DNA from: Eledone cirrhosa
Taxonomy: Eukaryota
DNA: 64,000 nt
NCBI GenBank assembly: GCA_964016885.1
Contig: OZ024740.1
Location: 5,456,001 to 5,520,000 of the forward strand
Reading direction: 5' to 3'
The notes beneath the pieces are model-generated. The model ran no database searches and was not told where the DNA came from. It saw nothing but the letters and a program-made list of their open reading frames with translations. The position numbers were made by a program, and so were the translations under genes. Numbering within the stretch: position 1 is the first letter of the stretch; the number at the start of each line of letters is the position of its first letter. Of the stretch, positions 55,602 through 64,000 are shown in pieces.

Positions 55602-55786
55602 AGGCGGTTGATTGGCAGTATCGGTAGAGGGTCGGACGCCATGCTTTCCAGCATAGTTACGTCCCTTTATGATCTGAGTTCAAATCCCGCTGAGGTTGAC
55701 TTTGCCTTTCATCCTTACGGGGTCGATAAAATAAAGTACCAGTAATGCACTGGGTAATTGCTGGCCTTGTGCCTAAAGTAGAAACA

Positions 55787-55820
<34 letters not shown>
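55602..55820 (+). mobile_element. tRNA-derived SINE with (TTA)n tail
   Basis: A-box-like TGGCAGTATCGG, B-box GAGTTCAAATCCC, core TTTGCCTTTCATCCTTACGGGGTCGATAAAATAAAGTACCAG, tail GCCTAAAGTAGAAAC(AAT)n. A homologous copy lies at 62017. Confidence 0.85.
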
Positions 55821-55826
<6 letters not shown>

Positions 55827-55923
55827 CACCTCCACAATATATACAGAGATACATATATACACATCCACACTATATACAGAGATGCATATATATATATATA
55901 TACACCTCCACAATATATACAGA

Positions 55924-55976
<53 letters not shown>

Positions 55977-56050
55977 CTCCACAATATATACAGAGATGCA
56001 TATACATATATGTGTGTGTGATTGTGTGTATGTATACACATATATCATAA

Positions 56051-56121
<71 letters not shown>
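55821..56121 (+). repeat. TA-rich minisatellite (same unit) and (TA)n
   Basis: CACCTCCACAATATATACAGAGAT units, then a pure TA run. Confidence 0.9.
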
Positions 56122-56122
<1 letters not shown>

Positions 56123-56335
56123 TGGACAAGAGTCTGTAACTGCCTACATCAATTCTTGCAGTCTACTAAGTGTACTGGCTACATTTATCATGGCACCCGC
56201 ACTAGGAAGGGTTTTATAGCTTCAACACAACCAAAAAGTTCTCTCAACTGTATTTTTATTAATCAACGTATGATATCTGTGCAAAGGTAGGAGGTCTCCT
56301 GGGATGATATCGAAAAAGAATTTTGGTATATTAAA

Positions 56336-56540
56336 CATCATCATCACATTTATATGTCTTGTCCACACTTGCATGGGTTGGACAGGTCCTTCTCTGCACA
56401 ACATCTCTCCACATGCTGCATTCCTTCGTCATCTTCTCTGTGAGTCTCAGTGATTTGAGGTCAGTTCTCACAAGCTCTACCCAGGTCTTCGCTACCTCTA
56501 CTGTGGCTTCCTTCTACTGGAATATCCTGGCATTTCTTTG
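56336..56540 (-). mobile_element. RTE 3'-end fragment with (GAT)n tail
   Basis: The reverse complement aligns with 61355-61576 (AAGAAATGCCAGGA...GAAGGAAGCCACAGTAGAGG...GAAGGACC..TCCAACCCATGCAAG). Confidence 0.8.
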
Positions 56541-56760
56541 GATTCTGAACGGAGGATTATACCAAGTATTGTTCCATCCATTATATCTTTCGAAATAACA
56601 ATGTCTGTTAAGCCTCTTTTAAATCAGACAAGACATTATTATTTGCTGCCAACACAGAATTATCTGTACGTTTTCTTTATATTAACAATATTACTACATA
56701 AAAATTTAATAACATTAATTATACCTTTTTTTATATAAGACAGTCAAAAGTGTCTGTTTA

Positions 56761-59700
56761 ATAGCAGTGCTAGTGTCACAATAGCAGTGTTGGTGTCACA
56801 GTGACAGTGCTAGTGTCACAGTGGCAGTGCTAGTGTCACAGTGGCAGTGCTAGTGTCACAATGGCAGTGTTTGTGTCACAGTGGAAGTGCTAGTGTCACA
56901 GTGGCAGTGCTAGTGTCACAGTGGCAGTGCTAGTGTCACAGTGGCAGTGCTAGTGACACAATGACAGTGTTGATGTCACAGTGGCAGTCTTACTATCACA
57001 ATGGCAGTGTTGGTGTCACAGTGGCAGTGCTAGTGTCACAGTGGCAGTGTTGGTGTCACAGTGGCAGTGCTAGTGTCACAGTGGCAGTGTTGGTGTCACA
57101 GTGGCAGTGCTAGTGTCACAGTGGCAGTGCTAGTGTCACAGTGGCAGTGCTAGTGTCACGATGGCAGTGTTGGTGTCACAGTGGCAGTGCTAGTGTCACA
57201 GTGGCAGTGCTAGTGTCCCAATGGCAGTGTTGGTGTCACAGTAGCAGTGCTAATGTCACAGTGGCAGTGCTAATGTCACAGTGGAAGTGCTAGTGTCACA
57301 GTGGCAGTGCTAGTGTCACAATGGCAGTGTTGGTGTCACAGTGGAAGTGCTAGTGTCACAGTGGCAGTGCTTGTGCACAATGGCAGTGCTATTGTCACAG
57401 TGACAGTGCTGGTGTCACAGTGGCAGTGCTAGTCTCACAGTGGCAGTGTTGGTGTCACAGTGGCAGTGCTAGTTTCACAATGGCAGTGCTGGTGTCACAG
57501 TGGCAGTGCTGGTGTCACAGTGGCAGTGCTAGTCTCACAATGACAGTGTTGGTGTCACACTGGCAGTGCTAGTCTCATAATGACAGTGTTGGTGTCACAG
57601 TGGCAGTGCTAGTGTCACAGTGGAAGTACTGGTTTCACAGTGGCAGTGCTGGTGTCACACTGGCAGTGCTAGTGTCACAGTGGCAGTGCTGGTGTCACAG
57701 TGGCAGTGTTGGTGTCACAGTGGAAGTGCTGGTGTCACACTGGCAGTGCTAGTGTCACAGTGGCAGTGCTGGTGTCACAGTGGCAGTGCTGGTGTCACAG
57801 TGGCAGTGCTAGTGTCACAGTGGCAGTGCTGGTATCACAGTGGCAGTGCTGGTGTCACAGTGGCAGTGCTGGTGTCACAATGGCAGTGCTGGTGTCAAAG
57901 TGACAGTGTTGGTGTCACAGTGGAAGTGCTGGTTTCACAGTGGCAGTGCTAGTGTCACAGTGGCAGTGCTGGTGTCACAGTGGAAGTGCTGGTTCCACAG
58001 TGGCAGTGCTAGTGTCACAGTGGCAGTGCTGGTGTCACAGTGGCAGTGTTGGTGTCACAGTGGAAGTGCTGGTTTCACAGTGGCAGTGCTAGTGTCACAG
58101 TGGCAGTGCTGGTGTCACAGTGGAAATGCTGGTGTCACAGTGGAAATGCTGGTCCCACAGTGGCAGTGCTAGTACCACAATTACAGAGCTGGTTCCACAG
58201 TGGAAGTGTTGGTGCCATAGTGGTAGTGTTAGTGTCACAGTGGTAGTGTTAGTATCACAGTGGTAGTGTTGGTGTGACAGTGGCAGAGCTATTTCCACAA
58301 TGGCAGTGCTGGTGCCACAGTGACAGTGTTGGTGTCACAGTGGTAGTGCTGGTGTCACAGTGGCAGTGTTGGTGTCACAGTGGCAGTGCTAGTGTCACAG
58401 TGGCAGTGCTAGTGTCACAATGACAGTGTTGGTGTCACAGTGGCAGTGCTAGTGTCACAATGGCAGTGCTGGTGTCACAATGGCAGTACTGCTGTCACAG
58501 TGGAAGTGCTGGTGCCACAGTGGCAGTGCTGGTGTCACAGTGGCAGTGCTAGTGTCACTGTGGTAGTGCTGCTGTCACAGTGGCAGTGCTAGTGTAACAG
58601 TGACAGTGCTGGTGTCACAGTGGCAGTGCTGGTGACACGATGGCAGTGCTGGTGTCACAGTGGAAGTGCTAGTGTCACAGTGGAAGTGCTGGTGACACAA
58701 TGGCAGTGCTGGTGTCACAGTGGCAGTTCTGGTGTCACAGTGGTAGTGTTGGTACTCCAGTGGCAGTGTTGGTGTCACAATGGCAGTGCTGGTGTCACAG
58801 CGGCAGTGCTGGTGTCAGAGTGGCAGTATTGGTGTCACAATGGCAGTGCTAGTGTCACAATGTCAGTGCTGGTCTCACAGTGGCAGTGCTGGTGTCACAA
58901 TAGCCGTGTTGGTGTCACAGTGACAGTGTTGGTGTCATAGTGGTAGTGTTGGTATCATAGTGGCAGTCTTGGTGTCACAATGGTTGTCTTGGTGCCACAG
59001 TGGCAGTGCTGGTTTCACAGTGACAGTGCTAGTACCACAATGGCAGTGCTGGTGCCAGATTGGAACTGTTGGTGCCACAGGTGTAGTGTTGGTGCCACAG
59101 TGGTAGTGTTGGTGTCACAGTAGTAGTGTCGGTGCTACAGTGGTAATGCTGGTGTCACTGTGGTAATGTTGGTATCACAGTGGTAGTGTTGGTGCCACAT
59201 TGGTAGTGTTGGTGTCACAATGGTAGTGTTGGTCCCACAGTGGCACTGCGGGTGCCACAGTGGTAGTGTTGGTGTCATATTGGTAGTGCTGGTGCCACAG
59301 TGATAGTGTTTGTTTCACAGTGGTAATATTGGTGTCACAGTGGCAGTGTTGGTGTCACAGTGGTAGTGCTGGTGTCACAGTGGTAGTCTTGGTTCCACAG
59401 CGGTAGTGTTGTTGTCACAGTGGCAGTGTTGGTGTCACAGTGGCAATGCTGGTGTCACAGTGGCAGTGCTAGTGTCACAGTGGCAGTGCTAGTGTCACAA
59501 TGGCAGTGCTGGTGTCACTATGGCAGACATGCTGTCACAGTGGAAGTACTGGTTCCACAGTGGAAGTGCTGGTGTCACAGTGGCAGTGCTGGTGTCACAG
59601 TGGCAGTGCTAGTGTCACAATGGCAGTGCTGGTCTCACAATGGCAGTACTGCTGTCACAGTGGAAGTGCTGGTGTCACAGTGGCAGTGCTGGTGTCACAG

Positions 59701-60980
59701 TGACAGTGCTAGTGTCACTGTGGTAGTGCTGCTGTCACAGTGGCAGTGCTAGTGTAACAGTGACAGTGCTGGTGTCACAGTGGAAGTGCTGGTGACACAA
59801 TGGCAGTGCTGGTGTCACAGTGGCAGTTCTGGTGTCACAGTGGTAGTGTTGGTACTCCAGTGGCAGTGTTGGTGTCACAATGGCAGTGCTGGTGTCACAG
59901 TGGCAGTGCTGGTGTCAGAGTGGCAGTATTGGTGTCACAATGACAGTGCTCATGCCACAATGTCAGTGCTGGTCTCACAGTGGCAGTGCTGGTCTCACAA
60001 TAGCAGTGTTGGTGTCATAGTGGCAGTGTTGGTGTCATAGTGGTAGTGTTGGTATCACAGTGGCAGTGTTGGTGTCACAATGGTAGTCTTGGTGCCACAG
60101 TGGCAGTGCTGGTTTCACAGTGACAGTGCTAGTACCACAATGGCAGTGCTGGTGCCAGATTGGAACTGTTGGTGCCACAGTAGTAGTGTTGGTGTCACAA
60201 TATCAGTGTTGTTTCCACAGTGGCAGTGTTGGTGTCACAGTGGCACTGTTGGCGTCTCAGTTATAGTGTTGGCGTCACAGTGGCAGTGTTGGTGTCACAG
60301 TGGTAGTGTTGGTGTCACAGTGGTAGTGCTGGTGTCACAGTGGTAGTGTTGGTGCCACAGGTGTAGCGTTGGTGTCACAGTGGTAGTGTTGGTGTTACAG
60401 TGGTAGTGTTGGTGTCACAGTGGTAGTGTTGGTGTGACAGTGACAGTGTTGGTGTCATAGTGGTAGTACTGGTTCCACAGTGGTAGTACTGGTGCCACAG
60501 TGGTAGTGTTGGTGCCACAGTGGTATTGTTGGTGTCACAGTAGTAGTGTCGGTGCTACAGTGGTAATGCTGGTGTCACAGTGGTAGTGTTGGTATCACAG
60601 TGGTAGTGTTGATGCCACATTGGTAGTGTTGGTTCCACAATGGTAGTGTTGGTTCCACAGTGGCACTGTTGGTGCCACAGTGGTAGTGTTGGTGTCATAT
60701 TGGTAGTGCTGGTGCCACAGTAATAGTGTTGGTTTCACAGTGGTAATATTGGTGTCACAGTGGTAGTGTTGGTGTCACAGTGGTAGTGTTGGTGTCACAG
60801 TGGTAGTCTTGGTTCCACAGTGGTAGTGTTGTTGTCACAGTGGCAGTGTTGGTGTCACAGTGGCAGTGCTGGTGTCACAGTGGCAGTTTTGATGTCACAG
60901 TGGTAGTGTTGGTGTCACAGTTGCAGTGTTGGTGTCACAGTGGCAGTGTTGGTGTCACAGTGGTAGTGTTGCAGCCACAA
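56761..60980 (+). repeat. 20-bp minisatellite GTGGCAGTGCTGGTGTCACA, ~210 copies
   Basis: Near-perfect 20-bp register, with one 1-bp deletion near 57375. Confidence 0.98.
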
Positions 60981-61170
60981 CAAAAGGCCCCAAGTCCTCC
61001 CTGTAAGGTGGTTGTGCTGGTGTTGGGAAGGGCACATAGCCTTAGAAAACCAATCTGAAAACAGAATGTATGAGTAAGATCATCTGACCTGTCTGGAGTC
61101 ATAGCATGATAGTCTGTTTAACTCAGGGAAGCATAGAAAATAGATGTTAAACTGTGATGGGGATGATAAT
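60981..61170 (+). mobile_element. Degenerate RTE-type 3' terminus contiguous with the 20-bp array
   Basis: ACAAAAGGCCCCAAGTCCTCCCTGTAAGGTGG (one 48-mer core), TGGTGTTGGGAAGGGCACATAGCCTTAGAAAAC, then AGCATAGAAAATAGATGTTAAACTGTGATGGGGATGAT. Confidence 0.75.
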
Positions 61171-61315
61171 AAAATGTTAGTCTAAGTGTATGTTTATTCA
61201 TGTGGGTAGAGTGTGGACTTCTTTTTATGGAATCAGAAGAGGAATAATGAAGTGTTCATCACAATCCTCTGTAGATCATCAATATTCTTTCTGAGAGGAT
61301 TTTGATATGCTCATA

Positions 61316-61576
61316 TATGGACATGTGATACACATGGACAATGACTGATGGGTGAAGAAATGCCAGGAAATCCCAGTTGAAGGAAGCCACAGTAGAGGAC
61401 AACCAAGAAAGAAAGACCTAGGCAGAGGTTGTGAGAGCTTTCCTCAAATCGCTAAGACTGGCAGAGGAGATGATGAAGGAATGTGACAAGTGGAGAGAGA
61501 CTTTGCTGAGAAGGACCCATCCAACCCATGCAAGCATGGAAAAGCAGACGTAAAAATGATGACAATGATGATGATG
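61316..61576 (+). mobile_element. RTE LINE 3' fragment with (GAT)n tail
   Basis: Translates YGHVIHMDND*WVKKCQEIPVEGSHSRGQPRK and ends CCAACCCATGCAAGCATGGAAAAGCAGACGTAAAAATGATGACAATGATGATG. Confidence 0.82.
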
Positions 61577-61729
61577 GCTTTATATATTTCTTTGATTGTT
61601 TTAAGTATAAAAATCCAAACTGATATTTCCAAAGCCACCAAGATCAGGAAGAAGCCAACAAACCAAATTAACAAAAACAAGACAATGCCACATTTCAGGA
61701 ATTTGGCTTAAAAAAGCCAACTTAGCAAC

Positions 61730-61956
61730 CGTGCAACTGACTTTAATCATGGAAAAGTTCAACATAATAGATAAAATAGATGAGTGACAGGGTGAAGTAA
61801 AATCCAAAAAGTGTATATCAAATTTGGAAAGTTATTGTGATACTGGTAAATGATGTAGGGTTTGTAGAAGTGATAGAAAATGATATGTTTAAGTTACTAA
61901 TGCTTGACAGAGAAGGTTTATCTAATGAGGAGCTGATGCTGTTAGAACAGGAGTGA
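61730..61956 (+). mobile_element. Possible Tigger/pogo transposase remnant
   Basis: Segments translate as LTLIMEKFNIIDKIDE* and GFVEVIENDMFKLLMLDREGLSNEELMLLEQE*, resembling pogo/TIGD motifs (recognition from memory). Confidence 0.35.
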
Positions 61957-62016
61957 ATATAGAAACTTGATACACTCCATCCTTTGGCATTTACATTATT
62001 CTATATTTACTATTAT

Positions 62017-62205
62017 AGGTGACAAATTGGCAGAGTTTGTTAGAACATTGGATAGAATGCTTTATGGTATTCGGTCTGTCTCTCTGCTCTCTCAGTTCAA
62101 ATCCCACCAATGTCTACTTTGTCTGTGATCCTTTTGAGGTCGATAAAAAAATGTACCAGGTTAATACTGGGGTCTATTCTTCCTCCCTCTTGAAGAAATC
62201 TGCTG
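62017..62205 (+). mobile_element. Diverged tRNA-derived SINE, same family as 55602
   Basis: TTGGCAGAGTTTGTTAG...CAGTTCAAATCCCACC...TTTGTCTGTGATCCTTTTGAGGTCGATAAAAAAATGTACCAG. Confidence 0.75.
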
Positions 62206-62407
62206 TATGCAGATCTGGAGAGGAATGGGCTCCGCCAGGCTCAAAAATGCTCAAGAAACACTGTATGTCACTCCTACGACTATATCAAGAGTTATGGACC
62301 ATACATATATACTATTACATTTTCATGGTAAAGGCTTTACCTCACATAATTATCTCACATAATATTGAATCTATGAGATTTTGAATTATTTTTTTGAGAA
62401 CAATACC

Positions 62408-62690
62408 TTAACCTTACAGCCGGTTTGAACAGAAAGAGGTGAGAGAATTTTGGACAGTTATGGCTGGTTTAAATGCTAAACGGTTAATGTCACCGGCACT
62501 AGAGAGATTGTCATGCCTTTAACACAGTTAAAGAGTCTTCTTAACCTTTTTTTGGCAGTTTCTACAGCTGGATTTTCTTCCTATGAACAACCAACGCAAT
62601 CCAATCCAAATCCATTCCTGGTTTAAAAGCTGAAGGGTTAAGGTGACTTGCAAAGAATATTGCAAGTCACCTTAACTCTTTAGTATTTAA
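62408..62690. mobile_element. Cluster of piggyBac-like MITE termini (TTAA-CCCTT.AGC.TTTAAAC type)
   Basis: TTAACCTTACAGC (62408), GGTTTAAATGCTAAACGGTTAA (62466-62487), GGTTTAAAAGCTGAAGGGTTAA (62620-62641), TTAACTCTTTAGTATTTAA (62672-62690). Confidence 0.45.
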
Positions 62691-63162
62691 AAGAAAATAT
62701 TTATATTACCCACAAAAATATTTTCTGACATGACATCTTTATATTTTTGTTAATAATATAAATATGCTCCTAAATATTATTTAAGTAGAGCTTCATACTG
62801 TTGAAAGGTTTTGGTTATTTCTAGATGTCAATATATCTATTCATGTCACCGGGTACACTGTTAAGTTGTGTTGGTTTCTCCATAACTCCATGTGCATTTT
62901 CGTCAGTCTCTGATTTATCTCAGCAGTGTATAATTCGATTTTCTCTTTTGCTGATTGACTATTGAACTTCACCAATTAATGGAGAAACATATTTCTAAAG
63001 CAATAATGGAATATGTATGTAGGAGTATCAATAATTAATGCCAGGTATCTTTATTTGAAGTTTTTGTTAAATTTTAATATGCTACCTTTTGTAACTATAT
63101 GATCTTACATTGTTGGCAAATTATCTCCTGTTAATCTTTGATATATTTATATGTCAATCGTT

Positions 63163-63203
<41 letters not shown>

Positions 63204-63299
63204 CATATATATTAATATATTCCTTCCATATACTGTACCGATTGTGTTGTTATTTCTGTTTACTTTTTACTACATATATACATACATAGATACACACGC

Positions 63300-63330
<31 letters not shown>

Positions 63331-63337
63331 AACATAT

Positions 63338-63397
63338 CTAACCTATGCTAGTGTGGAAGATGGACATTAAACTAAGATGATGATGATGATGATGATA
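63338..63397 (+). mobile_element. Short RTE-type tail remnant with (GAT)n
   Basis: CTAACCTATGCTAGTGTGGAAGATGGACATTAAACTAAGATGATGATG, similar to 40528-40582. Confidence 0.7.
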
Positions 63398-63490
63398 TAA
63401 ACAATGAGTTATATGGTTTGCTGATTATTCAACAGGTTAATTTTACAACAGATTAGAAGCACTCTACAATATTTATCTGGAGTATCATTA

Positions 63491-63827
63491 ATATTAAGAA
63501 TATTAATAAATGGAAAATATTTTTATAAAACCATATTTATTTTATTATACGTATTTCAAAGGTGCTAATATTTAAGTAAGCTTTCATCAGATAAAATATA
63601 ATAATTGATGGATAGTGACATATCTTCATGTGAATTTAATGGTATAAGCCCATATCTTCATTGAGCTTATACCATTACATTCACATGAAGATATGTCACT
63701 ATCTTAACACCAAATATTATATTTTATCTGACGAAAGCGTACTTAAATATTAGCACCCTTGAAATACGTATAATAAAATAAATACGGTTTCATAAAGATA
63801 TTTTCCATTTATTAATATTCTTAATAT
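63491..63827. repeat. AT-rich foldback palindrome (~160-bp arms, ~10-bp loop), MITE-like
   Basis: ATATTAAGAATATTAATAAATGGAAAATAT...GGTATAAGC pairs with GCTTATACC...ATATTTTCCATTTATTAATATTCTTAATAT, with one small internal indel. Confidence 0.88.
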
Positions 63828-63837
63828 ATGAATATAT

Positions 63838-63872
<35 letters not shown>

Positions 63873-64000
63873 TTTACGTCAGCTTTTCCCTGCTTGCAAG
63901 GGTGGGACGGGAACTGATTCTGGCTTGATTTCTACAGCTGGATGCCCTTCCTAACACCACCTCATTTACAGTGAGTGCTGGGTGCTTTTTTGCCGTGGCA
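63838..64000 (-). mobile_element. RTE-type SINE/LINE 3' end with (GAT)n tail, continuing past the window edge
   Basis: The reverse complement reads TGCCACGGCAAAAAAGCACCCAGCACTCACTGTAAATGAGGTGGTGTTAGGAAGGGCATCCAGCTGTAGAAATCAAGCCAGAATCAG...(GAT)n. Confidence 0.85.

Noticed and set aside
55602-55700. tRNA gene
   Set aside because: A- and B-box-like motifs are too far apart, there is no cloverleaf, and it continues into a SINE body and tail.
57620-61058. AVLVSQWQCWCHSGSA repeat ORFs
   Set aside because: A 20-bp unit cycling through all frames, with frequent stops.

Overview
Repeat-saturated, apparently non-genic eukaryotic DNA. The SINE/LINE repertoire and microsatellite load suggest a cephalopod, probably Octopus (inference). 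Positions 1-40417 are one ~840-copy 48-bp tandem array. It runs without a break into the 3' terminus and (GAT)n tail of an RTE-type retroposon. The monomer closely matches a two-copy unit in the 3' UTR of a near full-length, disabled RTE LINE at 49139-53358 (minus strand; AP endonuclease, RT, embedded C4HC3 PHD-like finger). A second array, 4.2 kb of a 20-bp unit at 56761-60980, ends in the same retroposon tail, so both satellites appear to have expanded from within this element family. Also present: a 5'-truncated CR1-like LINE, two tRNA-derived SINEs, several RTE 3' fragments, two long foldback inverted repeats, G-rich and 15-bp minisatellites, and a TA-rich minisatellite carrying nested insertions. 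No intact host gene is supported. Almost all listed ORFs are translations of repeats.
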